43,340 bases of DNA from an uncultured delta proteobacterium (GTDB lineage: Bacteria > Desulfobacterota > Desulfuromonadia > Desulfuromonadales > BM103): positions 1 through 43,340 of the forward strand of contig CAVQRZ010000032.1 in NCBI GenBank assembly GCA_963715335.1, given 5' to 3'. The notes below the pieces were generated by a model. The model saw only the letters and a list, made by a program, of their open reading frames with translations. It was not told where the DNA came from and searched no databases. Below are positions 8,725 through 18,179 of the stretch, one piece after another. The position numbers were made by a program, and so were the translations under genes. Within the stretch, counting starts at the first letter, position 1. Every line of letters begins with the position of its first letter.

Positions 8725-9999
8725 ATGAGTTTTCTGAAAAAGCTGTTCGGCAAAAAAGACCCGATTGACGAGATGCGCCAATGCCATACCCGGCAGGACT
8801 GGGTAGGAGTTCTGAATATAGCGGGACAGGTTGACCGGAACGAGTACGATGATGCCACTGCGGCCGAGATCACCCGGTGGGAGAACCAGGCCGGTGATGC
8901 CCTGGCAGCAATGAATATGGAGGAAGGGTCCTGGGAACAGCAATCAGGAAACCTGTTGCGTGCCCGCGAAGATTACCAGCTGGCCATCGAGCAGGCCCGC
9001 TCCAGTCAACTGCGCGAACGTGCCGAGCAGGCCCTGGCTGCCCTGGACCGTGGTCAGCCCCCTTCTGAGGAGCAGGCCGTCGATGCAAGTCCGGCCCAGC
9101 ATGCCGGTTGCAACAGCTGCACACCGGCGGCGGAGCCGAGGGCTGACGGCGTGGGCACGGACCTCGACGAGGAAACCCGCATGGAACTGCTCCTGGCCAC
9201 CCTGTCGCCGGACCTCGCAGCGCGCTACCTGGCGACCGGAACGGAATTCAGACAGGCCTGGTTGACTGCTCAGGAAGGGGATGAAAAGCTGGCCTTGGAG
9301 CTTTTGGCAAAAGTTCCCGCCGCGGAACGCAATGCCTTGTTCCTCTTCGAACGGGGGTCCTTGATGATGCGCAGCGGCCAGAACCATAAAGCCCGCCAGG
9401 ACCTGCAGGCCGCTTTGGCCGCTGAACCCGACCTGTTCCCGGCCTACGACACACTGACCGAAATCCTGATTGCCGAAGGGCGCAGCGACGAACTGCAGAA
9501 ATCGCTCAAACAGAATATCGCCGAAGAACGCTTTGTCGGTTATTGCTGGGCCAGGCTGGCGGAGCTGCATGCCCAGCGTGGCGCACTGGAGCCGGCCCTG
9601 GCCGCCGGACTCACAGCCATTGATGAAGGAGTTGCCGACCCCGGCCTGATCATGCTCTGCTCGCAACTGCTGGAACGTGCAGAACGTTTCGCTGAAGCAG
9701 AAGCGCTGCTGATGCGGATGCCCGGGGGCGGCTGTGGCGGCGGAGTTCACCCGATGCTGGCCGAATACTGGCTAAGGCGCGGGCAGAACCTGAACAAGGC
9801 GCTTGAGTCATTCAAGGGAGCCATGCGCCAGGAGACCGACAACCCCCGCTGGCTGCTGCGCGTCGCCCAGGTATACCTGGCCAAGGGGTGGAAGAAGGAG
9901 GCCTCAGAGCAGGTCGAGCGCCTGATGAGGCAAGGGGGGCTGCCAGACCCGATTCGTGCTGAAGTCCAAGCTGTGGCCGATCAATTGCAGAAAGGGTGA
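8725..9999 (+). CDS. Tetratricopeptide-repeat protein with HAGCNSC and GGCGGG motifs
   Basis: Ala/Leu-rich helical repeats (ARQDLQAALAAEPD, ALESFKGAMRQETDNP); AGGA RBS. Confidence 0.8.
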   Translation: MSFLKKLFGKKDPIDEMRQCHTRQDWVGVLNIAGQVDRNEYDDATAAEITRWENQAGDALAAMNMEEGSWEQQSGNLLRAREDYQLAIEQARSSQLRERAEQALAALDRGQPPSEEQAVDASPAQHAGCNSCTPAAEPRADGVGTDLDEETRMELLLATLSPDLAARYLATGTEFRQAWLTAQEGDEKLALELLAKVPAAERNALFLFERGSLMMRSGQNHKARQDLQAALAAEPDLFPAYDTLTEILIAEGRSDELQKSLKQNIAEERFVGYCWARLAELHAQRGALEPALAAGLTAIDEGVADPGLIMLCSQLLERAERFAEAEALLMRMPGGGCGGGVHPMLAEYWLRRGQNLNKALESFKGAMRQETDNPRWLLRVAQVYLAKGWKKEASEQVERLMRQGGLPDPIRAEVQAVADQLQKG

Positions 10000-10042
10000 A
10001 CAGGGGCAAACTGATCAAGAACCGCCTAAAGAAACCTGCCGT

Positions 10043-11773
10043 TCAGTTTGAATGGTTTGTGCGGCCCGACCTTAACAGGTTCGCAGCTCCGATGCGCAGG
10101 ATCTCCAGCCACTTGAAATTCATCATGTGGCGACGCCAGAACAGCTCCTGCTTGTCGCAGACCGTCGAAACGCTGTACTCATGGATGTCACCGCGCAATC
10201 GATCCAGTGTTTCTGAATCCATATCCCCCTGTGATAGGGCAAGCCGGTCCTTCAACGCCCTGGCCTGCTTGATCCTCTGTGCGACCCCAACTCCGCGCGC
10301 CTGTTCAACTCGCCCGTAGCGGAGCTTCATGGCGTTCAGAGCCTCAGCCGCATCGTAGGTCACTTCGACCATCTCGTCACGACTCATCCACTCCGTTTCA
10401 TAGTTCATTATCTGTCCCCAGGTCGGCTGAAGAAGCAACCGGCGGTGCTCTTCCAGGGTTTTTGCAAACAACCGGTAGCCGTACTTCTCCGGATGCTCGA
10501 AACCATGGCTGCCGGGATCGAGAAAGGGGCCCATCGGCGAGATAAAACAGGATAGCCGCCGGTCATAACTGCGAAAGAGCCTTTCACAATAGCCGATTGT
10601 TTTCATCACAGATTCGCAGGTCTGTCCGGACAAGCCGATCATGAAGAACACATCGAGGCGGTGACAACCCAATTTCAGGGCTTCCGCGATCACGGACTCC
10701 ATCTCGTCATTGGTGTAAAAAACCTGAGAATCCTGGCGGCGTCGAACCTCTTCGTCATGACTCTCAGGTGACAGTTCGAGGCTCCAATTTTTCACCGACC
10801 TGTCGATCGCCCGCAAATACTCAGGGGCGGGCATACCGAAGACTTCGAAAACGATCTCGTTTGCGAGCCGCTCCTCAGCAAGGCGTAGCAATGTCTCGCG
10901 GACATAATCATCTCCGGCCTGAAGCAGGTCGCCGACCAGGAAGATCGGCCCGCGCGAAATCCTGCAGACATCCGAAATGTTCTTGACCAGGCTGAGCGGG
11001 CTCCTGAACGCCGGCTTGTTCCGCATGTTCAACAGCCCGCTGGCATGGCCAGACCCCCCACAGGTGACACATTCGTGCACACAGCCACGGACGGTGAAAA
11101 CCGCAGTAATCGGATTCTGCCACCAGCCGTTGAACGGCAGGACGCTTTGCAGGTCGCGGTGACGCAGAACCATGCGAACCATACGCTCTGGGGCCAAATC
11201 GACATAATCCATATCCGGGGAGGTGCATATGAAAGGGTTGACTTGAATCTTTCCCTGCTTTTTCCACACCAGGTTCGGCACGTCCTCCAGGAGGCCAGCT
11301 CCTCGCAGGCAGAGCAGCAGGGCATACAAGTGCGGCTCTACAGCATCCCCCCGCAGGATAAAATCTACCTGGGGATAACGGATCAGCTCATCGTGATAAT
11401 AGCTTGCTGACAAACCGCCCAAAATAACCGGGATTTCCGGATGGCACTCCTTGGCCAGTCGCGCAATCTCGAGGGCACCATGCGCATGCGGCAACCAGTG
11501 CAGGTCGATACCGAAAGCCTTGGGCTTGAGTTTTGACAGGAACCTGGGGACATCGAATCCGGGATCGTTCATCATCCGCAAGGCCAGGTTGACAATGCGC
11601 ACCGTCAGGCCTCTGGACTCGAGGTAGTCTGTCATAGTCAGGAAACCGAGTGGATACATCTCGAAGACTGGAGAGGACGGGATCAGGTCACTGACCGGGC
11701 CATACATAATGGCTTCCTTACGGAAGTCATAAACACTTGGCGGATGCAGCAAGACCAGATCGGTCCGGGGCAT
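10043..11773 (-). CDS. B12-binding domain/radical SAM protein (TIGR04190-like)
   Basis: RGCVHECVTCGGS radical SAM motif; B12-binding region (GIDLHWLPHAHG, ILGGLSAS); N-terminus DLVLLHPPSVYDFR...FEMYPLGF; GGAGG RBS. Confidence 0.88.
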   Translation of the reverse strand: MPRTDLVLLHPPSVYDFRKEAIMYGPVSDLIPSSPVFEMYPLGFLTMTDYLESRGLTVRIVNLALRMMNDPGFDVPRFLSKLKPKAFGIDLHWLPHAHGALEIARLAKECHPEIPVILGGLSASYYHDELIRYPQVDFILRGDAVEPHLYALLLCLRGAGLLEDVPNLVWKKQGKIQVNPFICTSPDMDYVDLAPERMVRMVLRHRDLQSVLPFNGWWQNPITAVFTVRGCVHECVTCGGSGHASGLLNMRNKPAFRSPLSLVKNISDVCRISRGPIFLVGDLLQAGDDYVRETLLRLAEERLANEIVFEVFGMPAPEYLRAIDRSVKNWSLELSPESHDEEVRRRQDSQVFYTNDEMESVIAEALKLGCHRLDVFFMIGLSGQTCESVMKTIGYCERLFRSYDRRLSCFISPMGPFLDPGSHGFEHPEKYGYRLFAKTLEEHRRLLLQPTWGQIMNYETEWMSRDEMVEVTYDAAEALNAMKLRYGRVEQARGVGVAQRIKQARALKDRLALSQGDMDSETLDRLRGDIHEYSVSTVCDKQELFWRRHMMNFKWLEILRIGAANLLRSGRTNHSN

Positions 11774-11958
11774 GGTGGGCCTCCATCGACTGCGATGCTA
11801 ATTCCCCGGCAAATTGCGTGGGTTTTACTTGATTATATCAGGTATTTTGTGGAGACTGCTCCCGACCTGTTTGCAACGCGCAATGCTCCTTGAAGCCCCC
11901 GGGGCTTCCATGCTAAGTTGCGGCACCTTCGCCCAACCAAAAACAACCGTGGAAGACT

Positions 11959-12645
11959 ATGATATTACAGGGAACGCTGGTTAACATAGCAGCCGTTGTC
12001 GCTGGCTGCCTGATCGGTAAGTGGGCTGGCCGATATCTGTCGGCAAAAATGCGTGAGACCCTGATGGTCGGGCTGGGGCTCGCGGTTCTGCTGATCGGTC
12101 TGCAACTCGCACTGCAGAGTCGGCAGATCATGATTGTGATTGGCAGCCTGATCTTTGGCGGCTTGATCGGCGAAGGGCTCGGCTTGGAAAACCGGCTGGA
12201 ACAATTCGGCCTGCACTTGCAGAAACGGTTCTCCGGCATGGGCAAGATTGCCGAAGGCTTTGTAACCGCGAGCCTGCTTTATTGTGTCGGGGCGATGGCG
12301 ATCATGGGCGCCCTGCAGGACGGACTGGGAGGCCCGCCGTCGATCCTCTATGCCAAGGCGGCCCTCGATGGCGTGGCATCTATCGCGCTGACCTCGACGC
12401 TTGGCATCGGCGTGATCTTCTCCGTCATTCCCCTGCTTCTCTACCAGGGCGGGATCACCCTGGCGGCAAAACTCGCTGAAACCGTTCTCACAGAACCGGT
12501 CATAGTTGAGATGAATGCTGTCGGCGGGTTGCTGATTGTCGCCATTGCCATCGACCTGCTGGGGATCAAACGTCTGCCGGTGGGGAACCTGCTCCCGGCC
12601 GTGTTTGTCGCCATTGGACTGCTCTGGGCTTTCGGCATGGCCTGA
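11959..12645 (+). CDS. DUF554 (YqgA-like) membrane protein
   Basis: GTLVN start; EGFVTASLLYCVGAMAIMGALQDG; KAALDG; LPVGNLLPA. Confidence 0.92.
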   Translation: MILQGTLVNIAAVVAGCLIGKWAGRYLSAKMRETLMVGLGLAVLLIGLQLALQSRQIMIVIGSLIFGGLIGEGLGLENRLEQFGLHLQKRFSGMGKIAEGFVTASLLYCVGAMAIMGALQDGLGGPPSILYAKAALDGVASIALTSTLGIGVIFSVIPLLLYQGGITLAAKLAETVLTEPVIVEMNAVGGLLIVAIAIDLLGIKRLPVGNLLPAVFVAIGLLWAFGMA

Positions 12646-12665
12646 GGCACGGCCGGACGCAGGAA

Positions 12666-14960
12666 TCAATCTGTTGGGGCGTGTTCCGTACGACCTGCAA
12701 TAACCGTCCTTGGTTGCACCACCGGCAGTGTGACAATGAACCTGGCCCCCTTTTCCGCATTGATTACCTCAATTTCACCCTGGTGATGAGCAATGATCCG
12801 GTGGGAGATGGAAAGGCCCAGCCCCGTTCCCTTGGCGAAGGTCGAGAAAAACGGGTTGAACATGTTGCGCATAACTTCCGGACGGATTCCACCACCGGTG
12901 TCTTCTATCTCGACCGACACCGCCTGTTCGCCTCGGAGAGTGCTGGCCCTGGCCCTGATCGTTACAACTCCACGACTGCCTATGACCTGACGTGCGTTGA
13001 TCATCAGGTTGAGAAAAACCTGTCGCAGTTGTCGATGATCACCGACAATGATCGGCATGCCCGCCTGCATTTCCGTAATTATCGCAATCGACTGCTTCTG
13101 GCAGTGGTCATATTCGAGGTCGATGACCTCCTGCAGCACATCCGCAATGCTGCAACTGTCGAGGCACACCAAATGCCTCTTGCTGAAAGAGAGAATATTA
13201 CCTAGCATTTCCTCCATACGCCTTACTTCGCGGGCAATTATACCGGCGTATTCATTGGCCTTCGGATCCTGGAGGTCCTGGCGACTCAGTCGCTGGGCAA
13301 ACCCCCCGATTGAAACCAGGGGATTTCGCAGCTCATGGGCAACCTGAGCGGCCATTTCACCAAGGACAGCCATCTTTTCACCATGGATCAGCCGTTCTTG
13401 CACATCCTGCAGGTTGTCATGAGCCATTTCCAGACGCTTGACCAGGCTGGCATTGTCGAGAGCCGAGCCGGCATGGTTGGCAAAGAGCTCCAAAAAATGT
13501 CTGCGCTGAGGGGTTATCTCGCCCTGCGTCAAAGGGTTGTCAACCAGCAGGATACCCATGACCTGATCCCGGCCGATCAAAGGGGCGCAGGCATAAGGCC
13601 CGAGTTCGAGAGTATCAGACAGTTGCCGGCCTCCGGCCGGTTCATTATCAGGATGCTGGACCAGGACCACCTGTTTTTGCAGAAAAGCCCTCGCCAACGC
13701 ATTATCCTGGCCATCGAGGGGCAACCTCTGTTTGACAACCTTCTGGTTGTAAACTGTTTTCCGTTGAGCTTCGCGGACCTCCTCATCAAGCCTTGAGTTC
13801 TCCCATGTCAGCTGGTCACCACCATCCGAAAGAGCCAGAGATGCCACCTTCTGGGTCACCCCCAACATCCCCTGCAGCATCCCGGTACGGCGGTTGACGG
13901 TAAAGAGTGTTGCCCTCTCAAAGCAACCGGCTTCGACACTGGTTGCCGCAGACAGAGTCAGGTGCGAGAGTTCGTCCAGATTGAGCGTACTGTGCATCGT
14001 GCGTGACATCCGGTACAGGATCGATATCTCACGGTTGACCATTTCCTGCTGTTTTTCAGCTTCCCGTCTCCTGCCCAATTCCTTGTTCAACTCGGCGTAA
14101 GACTGGCTTATCTCCCGGAAAAGAGTCGTAAAGGGTGAACGGAGAGAACCTTCGACAAGAGCCGTATAAGCCAAAACGACACTGCCCAGCTTGAAGTAGT
14201 GGCCAAGGAAGTTAAAAAATCCGTAGACATCCGTGTAGAGGGAAAACATCAGTTCTGAAGCGATACTCATGCCGATCGAGACCAGCAGCAGGGAGATGAG
14301 CTGTTGGTTGAGGTGTTTGCCCTGGACATACAGAAAGATCGCAGCGAGCAGGAGCAGGCCGATGATTGCATATTCGCTGTAGATTTTGAAGGGTGTCAGC
14401 CCCACGCCCTCTATGTAGCAGGGCGGGAAAAGGTCCAACGGCCAGACCAGGGCTACAAGTGAGCCGGCCCCTATCAGGAAGGCCAGCAGCCAGATTTTTG
14501 CCGAACATATTTCCTTCCGGCCCAGGGTGAAAATTGCACAGCAGAAGGTACTCGCTCCAATCGTTCGCGCAATCACCCATAATTGTGCAGCCTTATCCGC
14601 CCCGGCTCCCGGGAGGATCTGCATCCCCTGATAAGAGAAGGTGTGCAGCAGGTCGACCATGCCGGTCAAAAGGAAGCCGATCGCAAGGATCACGAAAAAC
14701 TGGCTGTGCACCAGGCGCCTGGTATTCCAGCCGATCAGGAAAACGGAGGTCAGAAGAATGATGCTGAAAACTTCTATCAGGGCGTGGGTCAGCAGGTAGT
14801 TATATCGGCCGAGAAAGAACAGCAAAAGGCCGGCGAGCAGAAAAACTGCCAGACCGGCCTTGAGAGATAAACGAGTAAATTTTACCGCCAGCTCAGTGCC
14901 GGATTGTTGCGGCACGGTTGTCTGGCTATGGCTTTGAAGATCAGATTGTTCGTCCGGCAT
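12666..14960 (-). CDS. MASE3-GAF sensor histidine kinase
   Basis: Multi-TM N-terminus (YLLTHALIEVFS, DLLHTFSY); GAF region (GILLVDN); H-box VAHELRNPL; N-box NLMINA; DTGGGI and GTGLGL. Confidence 0.9.
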   Translation of the reverse strand: MPDEQSDLQSHSQTTVPQQSGTELAVKFTRLSLKAGLAVFLLAGLLLFFLGRYNYLLTHALIEVFSIILLTSVFLIGWNTRRLVHSQFFVILAIGFLLTGMVDLLHTFSYQGMQILPGAGADKAAQLWVIARTIGASTFCCAIFTLGRKEICSAKIWLLAFLIGAGSLVALVWPLDLFPPCYIEGVGLTPFKIYSEYAIIGLLLLAAIFLYVQGKHLNQQLISLLLVSIGMSIASELMFSLYTDVYGFFNFLGHYFKLGSVVLAYTALVEGSLRSPFTTLFREISQSYAELNKELGRRREAEKQQEMVNREISILYRMSRTMHSTLNLDELSHLTLSAATSVEAGCFERATLFTVNRRTGMLQGMLGVTQKVASLALSDGGDQLTWENSRLDEEVREAQRKTVYNQKVVKQRLPLDGQDNALARAFLQKQVVLVQHPDNEPAGGRQLSDTLELGPYACAPLIGRDQVMGILLVDNPLTQGEITPQRRHFLELFANHAGSALDNASLVKRLEMAHDNLQDVQERLIHGEKMAVLGEMAAQVAHELRNPLVSIGGFAQRLSRQDLQDPKANEYAGIIAREVRRMEEMLGNILSFSKRHLVCLDSCSIADVLQEVIDLEYDHCQKQSIAIITEMQAGMPIIVGDHRQLRQVFLNLMINARQVIGSRGVVTIRARASTLRGEQAVSVEIEDTGGGIRPEVMRNMFNPFFSTFAKGTGLGLSISHRIIAHHQGEIEVINAEKGARFIVTLPVVQPRTVIAGRTEHAPTD

Positions 14961-14996
14961 GACCCTCTCCTGCCTGCCGGCAAAGACCGGAACAAA

Positions 14997-15353
14997 TCAG
15001 CCGATCTTTTCCTGACGCTCCTGTTCAGTCTTGCACTCAATGCACAAGGTCGTAACCGGACGGGCTTTGAGTCGCGCTTCGCCGATCTGGTCGCCGCAAT
15101 CTTCACATTCACCGAACTCACCGGAATCGATGCGGTCGAGCGCTTCGCGGATCTTGACAATCAGCTTGCGTTCGCGATCACGGATACGCAATTCAAAATT
15201 GCGGTCGGACTCCAGCGAGGCCCGGTCGGTGGGGTCGGGGAAATTGGTCTTTTCATCTGTCATCTCGGAGACCGTCTTGTCTGCCTCACGGAGCAACTGG
15301 TCCATCTGCCCCTGCAGCAATTGACGGAACTCCTCCAACTTGGCTTTTTTCAT
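14997..15353 (-). CDS. dksA: RNA polymerase-binding factor DksA
   Basis: FPDPTDRA coiled-coil tip; CEDC...CIEC zinc finger; ARPVTTLC; GAGGAG RBS before ATG 15353. Confidence 0.95.
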   Translation of the reverse strand: MKKAKLEEFRQLLQGQMDQLLREADKTVSEMTDEKTNFPDPTDRASLESDRNFELRIRDRERKLIVKIREALDRIDSGEFGECEDCGDQIGEARLKARPVTTLCIECKTEQERQEKIG

Positions 15354-15440
15354 AAGAAAACTCCTCAAACGACAACGGGCACAAATTAAATGAAATTGAC
15401 CATCAAGTCAACCTAAATACCCGTCTGCTCCACTCACGCT

Positions 15441-15956
15441 CTAGAACTGGGCCAGCAGGACATAGGCCAGGGCAATAACGGCGAACCACGCCGTGAAGAC
15501 ATCTGCCTGCCTGAGCGGTGGCTGTTTCGCCAGTTGTGCGGTCTCATCCGCGACCGTTCCTTGTGGTACCGAATCGATCAGACAGTTCAGCAAAGCCGGG
15601 AAATCCCCGTATGAATTGGAGATGATCAGAAAATCATCGTCTCCGGCGACCAGGGTCAAGAAAACCCGGTTGCGCACCCGGACCGTCTCCAGGCCCGTGA
15701 CATCGGCGAAAGCCATCCGGCGCTGCCGGAAGAGACGATAAGCCGTTACTGCTTCCGCGTCGATGACCAGACGACGACGTGCACTTTCGACAAAGAGGAT
15801 CGCCAGCGGCATGATCAGGCCGGCCAGGACAATTGCCTTGGCGATCGGCTGGCCCTGCAGAAGACAGACAACCAGCAGGGCAACGGTCAGGGCAATCAGC
15901 AGGCCCATCGGCACGACAAAGGCGCGCCGGATAACGAATGTCCGTGGCTGGTTCAC
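15441..15956 (-). CDS. Membrane protein with probable bacterial PH-like domain
   Basis: Two N-terminal TM helices, beta-rich middle, C-terminal TM; GTG start overlaps the moaC stop. Confidence 0.72.
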   Translation of the reverse strand: MNQPRTFVIRRAFVVPMGLLIALTVALLVVCLLQGQPIAKAIVLAGLIMPLAILFVESARRRLVIDAEAVTAYRLFRQRRMAFADVTGLETVRVRNRVFLTLVAGDDDFLIISNSYGDFPALLNCLIDSVPQGTVADETAQLAKQPPLRQADVFTAWFAVIALAYVLLAQF

Positions 15957-16444
15957 TAGGCCGACTCCCCCGGGTTGATGAAATGACCACTGCGACCACC
16001 CTGTTTCTCCACCAGGCGGACCTGGCCGATCATCATGGTTTTATCCACGGCCTTGCACATATCGTAAATTGTCAGGGCGGCGACCGAAACCGCCGTCAGT
16101 GCCTCCATTTCGACCCCGGTCTGGCCGTTTACCTTGACCGTTGCCTTGATTTTCACCAGTGACTTGTCCGTATCGTGGGTGAAATCAACCTCGACGCTGT
16201 TGATCATCAGGGGATGACAGAGGGGGATCAGGTCGGGGGTCTTCTTGGCTGCCATGATGCCGGCCAACCGGGCGACATCAAGCACGTCGCCTTTTTCAAT
16301 CCGCTTGTCGAGAATCCGGCTGAGCGTTGCCGGTTGCATCAGCACCTCGCCACACGCCACGGCAACCCTGCGGGTACTCTCCTTGCCGCCGACATCAACC
16401 ATGATCGCCTTGCCCGCTTGATTGAAATGGGTCAGTTTGTTCAT
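15956..16444 (-). CDS. moaC: Cyclic pyranopterin monophosphate synthase MoaC
   Basis: [32 protein letters not shown] motifs. Confidence 0.97.
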   Translation of the reverse strand: MNKLTHFNQAGKAIMVDVGGKESTRRVAVACGEVLMQPATLSRILDKRIEKGDVLDVARLAGIMAAKKTPDLIPLCHPLMINSVEVDFTHDTDKSLVKIKATVKVNGQTGVEMEALTAVSVAALTIYDMCKAVDKTMMIGQVRLVEKQGGRSGHFINPGESA

Positions 16445-16465
16445 CGCTCGTTCCTCGCTTTAGAA

Positions 16466-16575
16466 GCGCGTGGCGCGTGGCGCGTGGCGCGAAAAAATTT
16501 TAGACCTCTTTTTAAACCTCTAAGTATATTAAGACTTTGACTCTTCTCGCCACGCGCGACTTGCTACGCGCCACG
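16466..16575. repeat. Inverted pair of heptamer arrays (GCGCGTG / CACGCGC) flanking an AT-rich spacer
   Basis: 3.7 copies of GCGCGTG at 16466-16491; degenerate complementary array at 16547-16575. Confidence 0.8.
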
Positions 16576-17934
16576 TCAGTTAAACAAATTTTCCAACGCC
16601 TCCGCAGCGCTGCGTACGCCAATCAACTCGATACCCTTCGGTCTATCGAGGGTTTTCAGATTGCCGGCGGGCAGCAAGCAGCGGTTAAAACCGAGTCGGG
16701 CAGCCTCCTTAACGCGCAGTTCCGGGTGCGAGACAGCCCGCACCTCACCGGCCAGGCCGATCTCGCCGAACAGCACCGTGCGCTCATCGATCGGGCGGTT
16801 GAGGTGACTCGAGGCCAGGGCCACAACTACGCCAAGATCAACCGCTGGTTCGACAATGCGGACTCCCCCGGCAACATTGACAAATATGTCCTGAGCCAGC
16901 ATGGCATAGCCGACTTTCTTCTCCAGCACTGCAAGCAACAGGGAGATCCGGTTGGAGTCGATCCCCATCGCCTTGCGCTGCGGATTGCCGTAGGCGGCCC
17001 CTGAAACCAGCGCCTGGATTTCCACCAGGATCGGCCGGGTCCCCTCAATGGCCGGCACGACAACACTGCCTGCAGCATCCTCAGGACGTTCCGCGAGAAA
17101 AAGTTCCGACGGATTTGGCACTTCGTTCAGACCGATATCCTTCATCTCGAACACGCCTATTTCATTGGTCGAACCGAAACGGTTTTTAACCGCCCGGAGG
17201 ATCCGGTAGGGGTGCCCGGCATCACCTTCAAAGTAGAGGACCGTGTCCACCATGTGCTCAAGCATGCGCGGCCCGGCAATCGATCCGTCCTTGGTGACAT
17301 GGCCGACGATAAAGGTCGGAACACCCTCGCCCTTGGCCAGGTGCATGAGCCGCCCGGCGCATTCACGCACCTGGCTGACGCTCCCGGCTGCCGACTCAAG
17401 CGCCGCGGTAAAGACCGTCTGGATCGAATCGACGATCAGGAGGGCCGGCTTCAGCTCCCGCACCCGTTCGAGAACCACTTCCAGGGAAGTCTCGGCCAGG
17501 AGATAGAGGTCCTCGGCCACGACATCTAGGCGGCCGGCACGCAGCTTGACCTGGCGGGTCGACTCTTCGGCAGTCACGTAGAGAACCGGTCCGGAGCGGG
17601 TCCAGCTGCCGGCAGCCTGCAGCAACAGGGTCGACTTGCCGATCCCCGGATCACCACCGATCAGGGTGAAGGAACCGGGCACCACGCCGCCACCGAGGAC
17701 CCGGTCGAATTCGGCGATGCCGCAGTGCAGGCGATCCTGGTCGGAGGCTGAAACTTCCGCCAGCCGAACCGGCGCGCTCTCGGCGCGCAGGGGAACCGTC
17801 CGGCCACCTTTCCTGGCGACGGTCACGGTCTCTTCCACCAGGGTATTCCACTGGTTGCAGTCCGGGCATTTACCGAGCCACTTGGGGCTCTGCATACCGC
17901 ACTGCTGACAACTGTAGATGGTTTTCTGTTTCAA
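16576..17934 (-). CDS. radA: DNA repair protein RadA/Sms
   Basis: CQQC...CPDC zinc finger, GDPGIGKST, KNRFG, Lon-like C-terminus; TTG 17934 after GGTGAGG preferred to 17949. Confidence 0.96.
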   Translation of the reverse strand: MKQKTIYSCQQCGMQSPKWLGKCPDCNQWNTLVEETVTVARKGGRTVPLRAESAPVRLAEVSASDQDRLHCGIAEFDRVLGGGVVPGSFTLIGGDPGIGKSTLLLQAAGSWTRSGPVLYVTAEESTRQVKLRAGRLDVVAEDLYLLAETSLEVVLERVRELKPALLIVDSIQTVFTAALESAAGSVSQVRECAGRLMHLAKGEGVPTFIVGHVTKDGSIAGPRMLEHMVDTVLYFEGDAGHPYRILRAVKNRFGSTNEIGVFEMKDIGLNEVPNPSELFLAERPEDAAGSVVVPAIEGTRPILVEIQALVSGAAYGNPQRKAMGIDSNRISLLLAVLEKKVGYAMLAQDIFVNVAGGVRIVEPAVDLGVVVALASSHLNRPIDERTVLFGEIGLAGEVRAVSHPELRVKEAARLGFNRCLLPAGNLKTLDRPKGIELIGVRSAAEALENLFN

Positions 17935-18179
17935 AGCTCGCCTCACCAAAAATTGAAAGAATTCATTCTAGGACGCCAACCCCTGAATCGTCAACAATGG
18001 AACACACAAACACAGGAAAGCCCGCCTGGTTGACAAACGGGCCTCACTCCAAACTCAGTGCGTTAATTTGTCGTAGTTCTTCATGCCATCCGTGAATTCT
18101 ATCCGCAGGTCGATGTCACTCGACTCTCGGCCTTGCCGCGAGCGAAGAATCCGAACAGCCCGAATAGCGCCCATACGAC

